From Owenia fusiformis (taxonomy: Eukaryota): a stretch of 64,000 bases of DNA. This document shows, piece after piece, positions 41,501 through 53,201 of this stretch. The stretch covers positions 21,204,001 through 21,268,000 of the forward strand of contig CAIIXF020000001.1 in the NCBI GenBank assembly GCA_903813345.2. Reading direction: 5' to 3'. The first letter of the stretch is position 1. Each line of letters starts with the position of its first letter. A program made the position numbers and the translations under genes. Below the pieces are notes generated by a model, which was given only the letters and a program-made list of their open reading frames with translations, was not told the origin of the DNA and did not search any database.

Positions 41501-42816
41501 ATAAATTAAATCTTTCTGTTATGCAATGAGTAAGAAGTGTATTTATCATCTCGGTCTTTTCCCCCGCATTTTCCTCAAATGCGGGCAAATTGCAAGTTCC
41601 CACAATTCTAATCAAAATTGGTCCAAAATATGCCAAGATGACAGCTTCTTTTTATCACTACTCAAATTTTAATAGGTGGGAAAATTCTCTTTGAGGTTTG
41701 AATAATTTTCCCTTTTCAATGAATGCAAATGTATTATTAAAAGAGAGATAATTCAACGCCAAGTTACATTCCTTGATGCAGATTGAATTTGAAATGTTGA
41801 AATAACAATGCTATACTTACGATTTGCCATTCTTGATGAAGTTCTTGATGGATGAGCCTCTGTTGGTTGCTGATGATTTGGCACCAAGGCCAACAACTAA
41901 TCCTGAGAGAATTGCACTCTTCCCACCTACAAGAGCAATAAAACATACTAGATTACTCCACAGTTGAATGCCATGTGACAAATTACCCTAACAATAATCC
42001 AGTCCAAATAAAAAGGGTAAGATCATTAGGTTTATTTGATATAACCATAAGATTAGTACATGATACTCTGTTTAATTCATAAGTGTCACTGCTAGTAAAA
42101 TTGGTTTCAGGAAGATCTTCCTGAATATTAACAGCACAAGTCTGACGAAGCACTGAGAATATTCACAGGCAAGTCTGACCAAGCAATGAGAATATTTACA
42201 GCACAAGACTGACCAAGCACTGAGAATATTTACAGCACAAGTCTGACCAAGCACTGAGAATATTTACAGCGCAAGTCTAACCAAGCACTCAGAATATTTA
42301 AAGCACAAGTCTGACCGAGCACTGAGCATATTTACAGCACAAGTCTAACCAAGCACTTCGAATATTAACAGTACAAATCTAAAATAAAGTACTTACTTCC
42401 ATTTCTTCCAATGACAAAGTTCACTTGCGGACCAAACGTGAAATCCAGCTTTGTGTGACACATGAAATTCTTCAGAGATATATTCTCTACTATCCCATAC
42501 TCAGCCTCGTTCTAAAAGCATACATTTTACTTCATTTACAGTAACAGTACCATTTAAACTGTCAATCCATCAACAATGTTTGGACAAATGAAAACACAAT
42601 TGGTCTCAGCTCCTACTTTTGCTTCGTTTTCGAGGAATTTTGCACCCACTTTTTGGAAAAATCCAGAGACAGACAACTTACTTGCTTCGTTGTGCTGACA
42701 ATGTCACTACTTTGTGACAGGTTGTTGTCATCATCTTCACTATCAGATTGAAGCTCAGGTTTAGCTTTCTTGGAACCAGATGGTCCAGCATCTTGACCAT
42801 TCGATTTGCGTTTCAT
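20573..42816 (-). CDS. SMC6: Structural maintenance of chromosomes protein 6 (SMC5/6 complex), complete, ~1104 aa, 26 coding exons
   Basis: Exons, all GT-AG and phase-consistent: 42682-42816, 42397-42511, 41821-41926, 41344-41483, 41042-41184, 40650-40751, 40108-40245, 39530-39610, 39091-39237, 38677-38765, 38132-38293, 37725-37903, 35839-36041, 34314-34397, 33759-33845, 32147-32256, 31459-31618, 31287-31343, 30825-30995, 30419-30556, 28800-28915, 27547-27646, [one of 26744-26914 / 26098-26256 / 25061-25219], 22366-22536, 21934-22031, 20573-20696. Motifs: LKNFMCH, Walker [30 protein letters not shown], hinge PIGPLG, signature [13 protein letters not shown], Walker [21 protein letters not shown]. 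Confidence 0.96.
21035..21890 (+). mobile_element. HINE/Helentron-like element
   Basis: TGACCTT/AAGGTCA-rich core, (GGAC)n microsatellite at 21800-21850, terminal hairpin GGCTCAC...GTGAGCC. Confidence 0.6.
23067..23336. mobile_element. Tc1/mariner-type MITE
   Basis: TA|CAGGGTGTACTAAAAAG...CTTTTTGGTACACTCTG|TA. Confidence 0.65.
23781..24411. mobile_element. Tc1/mariner-type MITE
   Basis: TA TSD; TIR CAGGGTGTCAAATAAGTCTGTTCTCCCCCCTTAACTTTTTT at both ends. Confidence 0.85.
25061..25219 (-). CDS. SMC6: SMC6 exon 23c (canonical-looking variant), [53 protein letters not shown]
   Basis: 159 nt, ttacAG / GTAAGT, phase 0/0, open. Best resembles the vertebrate SMC6 segment before VQP...LSGGE (recalled, not aligned). 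Confidence 0.92.
26098..26256 (-). CDS. SMC6: SMC6 alternative exon 23b, [53 protein letters not shown]
   Basis: 159 nt, the same length as 23c, ttttcAG / GTAAGC, phase 0/0, open. Shares LD..M..R...YN.......RT...F..........GKL.F.H with 23c, without gaps. Confidence 0.82.
26744..26914 (-). CDS. SMC6: SMC6 alternative exon 23a, [57 protein letters not shown]
   Basis: 171 nt, atttAG / GTAAGG, phase 0/0, open. Shares D3, R9, Y13, FR, R23, K.RFDH.K and SLD with 23b/23c. Confidence 0.8.
27682..27911. mobile_element. Hairpin MITE just upstream of the SMC6 exon 22 acceptor
   Basis: ~80-bp inverted arms AATAGACGTTTCCGATAAATCGTGC / GCACGATTTATCGGAAACGTCTATT. Confidence 0.8.
28841..29825 (-). repeat. 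Nine-copy 110-bp tandem repeat made of the SMC6 exon 21 acceptor plus the first 75 nt of the exon
   Basis: Units start at 28841, 28951, 29061, 29171, 29281, 29391, 29501, 29611, 29721. They are near-identical, with two variants alternating in units 2-6; the last unit has a 6-bp deletion. Confidence 0.97.
32272..33598 (+). mobile_element. HINE/Helentron-like element with ~165-bp internal tandem repeats
   Basis: About 4.5 units (AGACAAGACTTTACAGACAAGATTTTAGG...AAAATGGC), an ACGG microsatellite, terminal hairpin CCCCAC...GTGGGG. Confidence 0.7.
34494..35570 (+). mobile_element. Mariner (Tc1/mariner) internal-deletion derivative in an SMC6 intron
   Basis: TA-flanked CGAGGGGTGA...TCACCCCTCG long TIRs. 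Transposase relics [18 protein letters not shown] (cf. YSPDLAPCDF) and [10 protein letters not shown]. Confidence 0.85.
36071..37269 (+). mobile_element. HINE/Helentron-like element with ~135-147-bp internal tandem repeats
   Basis: Tandem units, (GGAC)n/(GTAC)n at 37159-37225, terminal hairpin; near-identical flanks in the inverted copy at 49430-50082. Confidence 0.75.
38350..38700 (-). repeat. Degenerate ~26-bp minisatellite overlapping the SMC6 exon 10 donor
   Basis: Unit ~GAATGGTGTGAATCCTTACCTTGATT; the last unit is the real exon end and donor. Confidence 0.8.
42122..42380. repeat. 34-bp minisatellite (~7.5 copies) in SMC6 intron 2
   Basis: Unit GAGAATATTTACAGCACAAGTCTGACCAAGCACT. Confidence 0.9.
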
Positions 42817-43741
42817 TTTCTAGTAAGGTCTGAAACAACAAATAAACAAGGCATTAACATGACAAAATGTCACCACCTAGGTTACTGCAAATTGTTACCT
42901 CACTCAGTAATGCTTATAATGTAAGGTTATATCAAAGGCTCCCAAGACAAGAATGTAGAGATTGGATTAGAACAGGATTATCCTGCCTAGTGCCCCAAAA
43001 ACATCATAAGGCCTTTGGGTGGAATAGGTCCACAAAGTGGTGACTCTGACATTGCTGGAAAATTTATGTGTTCAAGGCTGTGTGAGGCCATCCTCTGATC
43101 ACAGGGCTTCAAAATCGGGAATATATTCTTTCTTTTTACCTCCTGCGATAAGCAGTTTGCATTTCCCCGATTAAGAACTCGCAATCTGATTGGCTGTCGC
43201 AACACTGCGACAGAAATCATGTATAAGTCATTGCGCATAATTAGATCACATGATTCCAAATTGGTTATAGCAGGAGAAAGAAGGAGGTACAGATTCTGGA
43301 TACCTGCTTAGGAGAATGGTGTGGCTCGCGATGTGGGAATTCTGTGAGCGAGGAGAAATATGTTCGGGAGAGAGGTACTTGTGGATCACAACTAAAGAAT
43401 CAATATTTTTGTTGTTAGAACTGTAGTTAGGGTGGAAGGAACATAAATCGCGAGTTCGGAACTGATGATCACGTTTGTGAAAGTCTACGAGTCCTCATGA
43501 TCATGCCTTGACTAGTATGTATCCAACAGACCGAATATAATATTCGGTCTGTTATGATTGATATATTTCCTGTGGAAATCGCGGTGATATTTTTTGCACA
43601 TAAATTTCTCGTTTATTACAAGAATGTTCACCTTGAAAATTGGTGAATATGTTGAAGAGATGTTCATCTTAAACTAGAAGCAAAAATATTTGTATAAGGC
43701 GGGTACAAGTTGATATAAAATAATGAAATGTTCAGACTCAC

Positions 43742-44170
43742 CAAAACTTCTGGATGTGTTTATAAGTAGATCGCGAAATCAATGTCAAGGACGTTTGAGT
43801 TCACGAGATCCAAACGAGATATGCAAATTTTTGAACTTCGACAACACATGACCACTTGATTACCTCGGCCTTCTTTATGAATATTTCCGCTCTATTTACT
43901 ATAAATGAAGAAAATTAATCGGGATAATGATAATAAATGACTAGATCTAATAAATTCCCGCACAAATGGAATTTATCAACATGCTTCCGTCCGCTCCACG
44001 TGTTATTTGTTTACAAATAGACTGACGTCACTGGCTAAATCTCGTTTATCGTGAGAATTGGCATTGCCAAAATGGCTTGACCTAATCAATGGCTTCGCTA
44101 CAAGAAGCGTCTGTACATTTTATGAATATCTTCAGTAAGAGGACAATATACGAAAAAATAATATTGTAAG
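43742..44170. promoter_or_regulatory. Candidate bidirectional promoter of SMC6 and PPIE
   Basis: CpG-enriched. Octamer 43821-43828, E2F-like TTCCCGC 43955-43961, E-box 43997-44002, CRE TGACGTCA 44023-44030. Minus-strand donor GTGAGT at 43741 and plus-strand donor-like GTAAG near 44135/44166. Both ATG exons begin with acceptors (42829, 45040). Confidence 0.5.
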
Positions 44171-44296
44171 TACTTTTTAAGGTAATCATTTTATCATTTA
44201 ACAAACTTATTTGTAACATTTATACAACACCACATTTTACAATAGGTGACTTACAGTCTGAATATTTATTCAGACGAAGGATACAGTCTAATGCCT

Positions 44297-44617
44297 CACT
44301 GGCGGATTAGGGGGGGGGGGCCCAGGGGCCCGGGCCCCCCCCCCTTGGGTGGGCCCAGAAAAAAAAAATTGGGCCCAAAAAATTTTTTGGGCCAAACAAG
44401 GCCTTCAGGCCCCACTTTTTGGTCATTACTGGGCCTTTTAAGGCCTTATTTGTTAATTTCAGGCCAAATTTTGAAGAAAATGGGCCTCAAAATTTCAAAA
44501 TTTGGGCCCACTTTTGGATTTTAGGGGCCCAAAATTTTTTTCCGCGCAAGCGCGGACGTTTTTTCTCTGACCTGAAATTTGGGCCCCCCCCCTTGTTGGT
44601 TCCTGGATCCGCCCCTG
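44297..44617. mobile_element. GC-rich MITE (CACTGGCGGAT...ATCCGCCCCTG) between the SMC6 and PPIE starts
   Basis: Imperfect TIRs, flanking direct repeat TGCCT; a second copy lies at 63127-63413. Confidence 0.8.
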
Positions 44618-45056
44618 TGCCTTGACTGCAGAGTGATAATTTCATGATTTCAAGTGATTTGGAAAGTTGAATTCAAAATTCAAAAATATTACCAAACTAC
44701 AGATATAGATCCACATTATCAAAGTACATGTGTGTTACCTATATACTTAGGGTGATTTGAAACATATCTGACACAACATATAATACAGGTAAAACATACG
44801 AAATCCCAAAATAAAATAATGTGTGAAAAATGCATACCTTTCAAATTTCAAAATGGCGCCAATGAAAATAGACTGGAAACCGGATATGTTTTTGATATCT
44901 ATGGATTACACAAAATACGGATCTACGAATAATGAATGTATTAAGTGTAAATATTTTTAAGACTATGTAAAGGCAAATTATTCTCACAGATATGGCATTT
45001 GGGATACAGTACTCACATAAAAATCATTTATTTTAATAGCTCTTCAAAATTGGAGG

Positions 45057-48000
45057 ATGGCAGTAACAAATAAACGAATACTTTATGTTGGTAAGTTTTG
45101 TGGTATATCTTCTTACAGTTCCAATTAATTCTTAATATTGCCTAGTGTAAGCAATGTTTAATATATGTTTTATCGACAGGTTTGTACTTTTTAAAATACA
45201 TAACGTTGATTTCCTTTGAATACTACTCCAAACTAAAAGCATTTAAAGTAACTGTATTATCGCCCATCATAATATTCATAAAACTTCACATGGATGATCT
45301 GAATAAGATGATTCTTTTGGACCGTCATCTCCGTTCAGGCTTTTGGCTGAGAATTTCCAGAAATTAGAGATGTGGTCGAGGTCGATGTTAATATTGTTTC
45401 AATTTGATTTGCGATTCACTACCAAAAGTCAATGGTAAATTTCATACAGTGCTCACCATAAAGAATTTCAAAAGCTATGGAAATTACAGTTATTAATTTC
45501 TCCGTCCTAGTAAGTCCAGATATAGTGGAATTCATATCCATAATTACAAATAAGAACTTAAAAATTTGAAGTGGAATTCACATGTTAATGCCGACTCTTC
45601 AAATGTTGAGGTGATTTTAGAGCCGGATTACGCGGCAATGTGGATTGGCTCCCAGAATGCAACATGACACGTGTCAGCTTTCAAAATGCCGTTCCGTAAA
45701 TAAGGTTACCTGATGTTGCATTCTGGGAGTCAATCCTCCTTGGATCACAAACATGGCGATTCATGAAAACATTCGTTCGATTTGGTAGGGATTTATCTAT
45801 CATTTGCAGGTATGAAGCTTTGGATTCATTTATTGTGCTACTTAAAGTCAATGGGAATTATTTTTCTACCGCTTGGGAGAGTTTGAGACATGATACTTAG
45901 AATTTAGCTCATTGTGACAACTTTTGAGGGTTGAGATTTACTTTTGCATCCCATTTTATGCGGCATTTTGTTGAATCCTTTTTTTGATTGTTTACCATAA
46001 AAAACAATATGGCCGACAAGAAAGTAAAAAAATAATATGAAATTGATTAATCTTAAAAATGTGATTTATCTGCACAGCTCCTTTAATTTTGATCACAAAT
46101 ATATCAGGCAAAAGTGTAACTGCACACAATGCTTGCATATTTTGAAATGTAACTCTCGCATATATTGTCTAAAACTCATCAAATTGATGTCATCAAAATG
46201 GAAATTTACTCCAATTTGAGTGGCAATTTTCTTAAAAACCAGAGAAAACCGGAGCTTGATATCTTACAAAACCACATTTTAAAGTGTGTTTATTCAGACA
46301 AATGTGTAAAATTAAAGGTTCAAGACTCCAATTAGCAGGTAAAGTATCCCTCCTTGCGACTTTCTTGAAGAATAGACAGCCATTTAGCTGTGAAAAGATC
46401 AAAAATACTTACATCTTCAATCATTTAAACTTATCCCGCCATTTGTTTACGATGTTGTGCCTCCAAAGCAAGAAATTTAGACACAATTACGATATCCCCT
46501 CCTATTTCCATGTTAAAAACGTGGGGTGACACCGTAATTGGAACAAAAGTCGTTTCTTCCGGTGCACAGCACATTGACCAATCAATGGATCGGAATCAAT
46601 GGATCAGAGCGTAATCTGGCAGAGAATCGTCAATTGAAATTTTCCACGCCAATTCTAGCTGAAATTCATTCTATTCTACGATAAATACTGCATATGCTAT
46701 AAAAGATATTATCAGATGTAAGTATAAGGTGTATTTGAAATATAAGACCAACATTTATGCTTTGAATTATGACAGTATACTATAATAAAATTGAGATAAC
46801 AGTGTATTGAAAATTGAAATGAAGTGTGACAGTGACAAGCATGCGTAATTATGTTGAACCAACATGAAAAATTTCAGTTGGAAACTAGTTGGGAACTATC
46901 TAAGTGTAAAAATAAAAGATACTCAGTATAAACACTCATTATTCAGTTGCTATAGCCCATTGTATTGGCATGTTTATGACCACTATTAGAATTGTATAAC
47001 TTTGTCAACCTCTCGATTTTGGGAAGCTAAGACGTCTTGCTGTTGCCGAAGATCAAATGTGACTTTGAATAAAACTTTTTAATCTAAATATGCATCCTCT
47101 TTTTCTTGAAAACAGTATCATCTAGTTTTATTTTCTATTAATTTATAGTACATGTACTATATTCCTGTTATATCTCATGCAAGTCTCCAATAATCAAGTG
47201 TGTAAGTTTTGGTGATATAAAAAATGCCACACACATAAAATTCTGGATTTTGAAGAAATATAAATGCATTCTCAATGAATATTAATTTTTCAATTGATCA
47301 TGTAGCTTTATCACATTCCAAATGAATGAAGTCCTGCCAGAAAGAACTATTTTGAGACTATTTGATGTTTTTTGAAAAGTTTTGATATCATAGCAAATCA
47401 GTGTTAAATTGAAAATATTCGAGCAATGTTATGTGAAATATGTGTTATTTTGTAAAAAGTTTTCGGATTAGGCAGGATAATTTTTCAAATATGAGTGTTC
47501 ACTGGTCATGTTAGGATGTGTTCAGATTTTAAACATAGGAATCAATGGGAGGAAAAAATGGACCAAAAAAGTGTATGGATTGGAAGGATTTTGGATATAC
47601 AGGTTTCACTGAAGGTAGCTTTATGTCCTGTAAAGCTACAGCCTCTTGTAATTTGCTTTGAAAATAACATGGCAGAGAAGCATCAAAATACAAGAGGCCC
47701 AAAAACAAGTTAGGTCTCTAATATATGTTTCTCGTTTTCAAAGAGTTGCACTCTAGTCCTTTGATTGCTTTGTTTAGGTTTGATTGACCACACAAAAAAA
47801 CATTTTTGACTGCTATATGCTTGCATGTTTTATTAGGAGGTCTCTCCGAAGAGGTAGAAGAGAAGATTCTTCATGCAGCATTTGTGCCATTTGGTGACCT
47901 TATCGATATCAACATCCCATTAGATTATGAAACAGGTAAGCTGTATCAACTGACATTTCACTATTATAGATAATTTTGAAGTTACTTTTATTATGTTGAT

Positions 48001-51000
48001 ATTTGAACATTTTATTTTATTTGTTAATAAAATACAGTCTGATTGAATTACATGTATATCGCACTCTTCATTTCCAACTCTGGTATATAATAGGCTACTA
48101 GTAAACATATACCTGTACATTCAACTTCATCTGTTTTTATGTCACCACAACGAGTGTTGACATATTGTCATTATCTCCAACTTTTTTATGGATGGTGTCT
48201 AGCAGTTGGCATCTGTAACATTGGTATGTGGTGACATTTTGAATGTTACTGCATTCGTTATGTTTGCATAAAGTACATCAGGATGTTTGACTGAGTGGTC
48301 CACAACTTGTACAAAAGGCTGTGGTGTGTACTTGTATGTCTATGTATGGGAACACATAAAATGAATCATAGAAGCTCTAGTAGTAAATAAATAAACAAAA
48401 ACATACAAACATTAACAAACATACTGTACATACATAGTATTATATATCCGAGTACTTTTGTTTTTTTCAGAGAAACATAAAGGATTTGCATTTGTAGAGT
48501 TTGAACTAGCAGAGGTAAGTAAAATATGTTTTTTTAATATTACAATTTTTAAAGAGATCGGGTCTCCTAAAAACACAATTAGATTAACCCCCTGATTTTT
48601 TCGTGTTATTTGATGTAAAACAAGTTTGTTTATCAACTTATCAATTCTGAGGTTTGAATTAATTCGTTAACTGTATCAGTTCGATCATTGTTCCTAGCCA
48701 TGAATTTCCACTTACATCAATAGAAATTAAAATTTTAATTTAAAAAGCCAGCTCGAATTTGTTCCAGTCTGATTGGCTTTTTCCTTCAGATTATTTTGGC
48801 TTAGAGAAGCCATATTTATTACTTCTAAGGGGTTACAATATAGATAAATCCCCCAAAAAACATTGTATTCTGTTTTGACTTATTGCGTTCAATTCTGACA
48901 GTTGGTTGTTCTTTTGGTTGTCCTGTTGATATCCTCAATGCATTGTTGATATTGTGCTTATGATTTGGTCTCAAGATATTTCTAAGGTATAACTATGATG
49001 TTTTATGAGCAATGATATTGGACATTACTGATTGTCCAGAACAGAAATCTGGATGACTCGATCTCTTTAAGGATTTGTTTAGTTGAAATGAAATGAAACC
49101 ATGCACCATTCATTTTTGTTTTTTTAATATAGCACCCTATTTATTCCATCGAACAAAATTTAGGGGGATATACAAGAGTATAGAGAATGAATCTGTCCAT
49201 ATATACCTACACCAAAATTCCTTCAAATGCCAAATATGTACTAGATATTGATCTTGGAATGACCTTGACCTCTGACCTTCATAGAATATCCATTGACCCA
49301 CTAAGTATGTTGACCAAGTATAATTATCGAAGGTTGAATTGTCTCGGAGAACATATATACTGTCCTCACTACTCATTTTCTTGATCTATCATGTACTTTA
49401 TCTCTTACTTAGAATATCTGATTATTGATTGTTATCCCATCGAACAAAGTTCGGAGGGATATAGGGAACGCTCTGTCCATCCATTTGACGTACATCTGTA
49501 CGTCAGTCCGTCCAGGCAATAACTCAAATACCGTTGACCTGATTTTGTTCATATTTTGTACACATATACCCTATGGGGGTAGAAGTTCTGCTTTAAAGCT
49601 GATTTTCAAAATGGCCGCTCATTTAAAAATGGCGGCCATTTTAGTGCCGATTTTACAGTAGTTTAGGTGCAATATGTAAAACTGTAATAGCAATATGTTT
49701 TAAATGTAAAATGGCGGCCTTTACTCGTTATTTTATGATTTTTGCTGTAAATTGAAAAGTAGTGAAGCGATATTGTTCAAATTTGGTATGCGGATGCTAT
49801 AAGCATGGCACACTGTCTAATGATGCTTTTGGTAGAAGGTGGCTATTTTGAAAAATGGCTATTTTAACGTATTTTACTATAACTCCAAAAGTTTTGGAGC
49901 GATTTTGTTCATATTTGGTATGTGAATACTATAAGCATGGCACACTGTCTAATGACACTTTTGGTAGAAGGTGGCCATTTTAAAAAATGGCTGCCATTTT
50001 TTGCTATATACTTTGTTTGTAAAAATGCCAGCCATGGCTGTTTGATGGGATTTGCTACGCTTCGGCATTGCTATTGTCTAGTTCTAAAAGGGAAAAGGCA
50101 ATTACCAGTCTCATAATATTCATAACTCATTTGTTAAAGAAGACTTAAATACTACCCTTTGCATTCGTTTGACTTCACTGCTTAAAAGAGAGCTTCGTCT
50201 TCACTCTTTCAAACTAAAATAAACCTGTGAACTCACAGCGCCAATCAGTTCTATATATGGTAATTCCTTCTGACGTCATCGTTGAGGCCGGAATTGACAA
50301 ATGACATGCGCCTATTTAATTAGAACGCATTTGGCGTATGTTTCTTCAAGCTCGCTGATTGGTGGAAGAAAGGTCAGCGCGTAGGTCAAAAGTGATTTAT
50401 TACCCAAACTGTTACCAGTACCCGTCGTGGGGGCGGGGCTACTAAACTGTAATATGGTCTCTACTAGGCAGAGTGTAGTTTAACTAGACTCTGCACGCAG
50501 GGTACTTAAATACCTTCATGGTGGGAAACAAATATCAACAAAAAAGGAATTTGAAGAGATACACTGTACTGTGTTTTTGATTTATTTCTCAGATTTATTC
50601 CAAGTTTTATAGTAATGATTACTTAATTAATGAAAATAGGCATGGAATGTTTTGTGAGCAAAACATATCATAAAATGTGACTTTCTTTCCATCTATAATT
50701 TTTGTTGCCTTATAAGCTCTAGAACTTGGGAAAATGAAGAGGCATTTCTTGTTTAAGGTTCTTACATGAACTTCAGACTGAGCTTTAAAAAAATATTTTA
50801 TAAATAATGTCTTTTTCAGCATGAAGCTGTATGACTGAAATGTAGATTTGTATTTTCTCAATTGCTCTTAATTTTTACAGTCTGGCTAATAATATGTGAC
50901 ATTTGTTCAAATAAGTAGAGATTGCTACATTTAAACAGCCTTCTGTAATACCCTGTATAATAACATAAGAGGTAGCAAATCAATATTCCAGATGCATTGT

Positions 51001-53201
51001 CTCTTGCAGGAGTCAGTGACTGACAGTGAGCAAGTAGATGGGTGAACCTGTTCAACATCTCATAATGCAAAAATCAAGGGTTGTAGACTAACTGTGCTCC
51101 TATCAGACATCGCCTCCTTAACATCAATCCTTTATTCATTGTTTAAAGCATGTACATCAATAGATACCTTTTAAAGCTTCCATTACTGATGTAGACAAAT
51201 GCATTATTTCACTTCATCTGTAAACAGATTTGATATAAATAATCGAGGAGATAATGGACATCATTTATTTATTGTTTGAGTGATGACTTTTTACATCTTA
51301 TTTATGTGACATTAAATAGAATATTGAAATCTTCAGTCAATGTCACTGTGCACTCAGAGTATAAAAAAACGTTGACTCTTTTCTGTGGAATTTAAGAACT
51401 TTGGCTTGTGTCTGCCATTCACAGCCAAAAATATCACTCTGCATTAAATTTTTGTGTCATCACCAAGTGGTGACATATTGTCTTTTCTGTGGAGGATGTT
51501 CTGTCAAATTCCAATAAATTAATGGCCACATTAAGTACTTAAATGTTTATTGTGAAGATATAAAAGAATGTTAAGAGTTTCCAGCTACTGCTCAGGACCT
51601 TAGCAAGGGGGGTTAGGGGTTCTTTCAAAATAATGCAGTATTTCATCATTCTGAGTACTTTTCAAGTGATTTTGGCCATTTTTGAGTCAGAGTTGTCAAA
51701 AGTGAACCCCCTCTGGAATTTAAAAAAAAGTGAACCCCCCTTGGCAAATCCTGGCTATAGGCCTTCTGCTACTGCACTCCTGCAAAGTTCTTGAGACAAC
51801 ACATGAGTGGTTAAAATCAAATAAATAAATGCATTGGGCCCTTGGCTTAAGCCTTAAATCCTTTTAATACATTAGATGATGAACAATATATTGTATTCCA
51901 ACAATATTCATATTGAATGTCCCAAACAAGTTGCCACTGGAGACTCATTCTTGTCTCTTAGAAAGAAATCTGAGATGAGTATTGATGTGATGAGGTATCA
52001 AGAAATCTTTCAGACATGCAAGAAATGAAAAGATAACATGTCCCTCCATTTGGCAATTGACCTTTCCAGTACAGCCTGCCATCTTTGCTACATCAAAGAA
52101 GCATTGACCCCTGCCAGATTCCTCCTGTTGGTCTCTACGTAGGCTCAATAAATCTACTCAAGGATAAGACTTGAAATATTTGGAAAATTAATCTTATTTC
52201 CTTGATTCTGGAGTCAGTTTATCAATAAATATAACATTTCATACCTCAAATGATGCGTACTGTTGTCAGCCTTATCTCCAGTCACTTAAACCATACATAG
52301 ATGTAAGCGTCTGTTGATAAAAGCACAAAATAGCTAAGCTTAAAGATAATGTCTGGTTTCGGCAATTTCCGGTGATCATAATGAAAGAAACACCATGACA
52401 TTTTTCTCAAAATCCCCTAAAAACAATAACCAAGGTTTGTTTAGAATATGTGATCACTTGCTTTCATTGGCTGTTTGTTGTGATGTGAACTAACAGATGA
52501 ACAGCATCGGACATTGCCAGAAATACCAAATCCAGACATTATCTGCACCCTGGAAACTCTGGGTCTGTGCAAGGAAGCAAGGATATATTGACTAAATAAT
52601 TGTGACATATTTCTGTTTCATAATTTGTTCATGACAATTTGCTACTCTGGGATTGCTGTTTTCAAATAGACCACAAATTCATTTTATTATAATGTACATG
52701 TAATTTATTTTGTTATTTTGTTTGCATTATAATATAATATGTCTTTACTGTTACAGGATGCAGCTGCTGCCATAGATAATATGGTATGTATACTCACACT
52801 ATTGCTTAAAGCCTCACTCACATTTGCTCTATGGGGAACGTAGCTCCACAAAATTGAAATAGAAAATCGACATCGTTCTGCTGAACCCTATATTTTATGC
52901 CACATATTTCTCTTAATTTTTTGAAGCTAAAGCCACTGTACAGTTCCCGTAGATCAAATGTGATTGAGACATTACCAATCTATTACATAAAAATTTTTTT
53001 TTGGACCCACATAAAATGACTGGCTCTAAATATTTCATCGCCTAGTATCTTTTTTGTAAAATCATATGAAATACATTGTACAAAGAAACAATAATAAACC
53101 ACTTACTACTTTGAATTTGTTTCAGAATGACTCTGAGCTCTTTGGAAGAACTATACGTGTAAACATGGCCAGGCCACAGAAAGTTGCCAAAATGAAACCA
53201 G
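45057..53201 (+). CDS. PPIE: Peptidyl-prolyl cis-trans isomerase E (Cyp33), N-terminal RRM exons only; 3' part not found in window
   Basis: Exons 45057-45090, 47837-47935, 48471-48514, 52757-52783, 53126-53201 splice in frame to [93 protein letters not shown]. This is the characteristic PPIE RRM (RNP2 LYVGGL, RNP1 KGFAFVEF). Confidence 0.93.
49430..50082 (-). mobile_element. Inverted, shorter copy of the 36071-37269 HINE-like element
   Basis: Reverse complement of both termini of that element, with fewer internal units. Confidence 0.75.

Noticed and set aside
44246-44625. Gly/Pro-rich ORFs (also 63083-63503)
   Set aside because: Spurious frames in a GC-rich MITE present in two copies.
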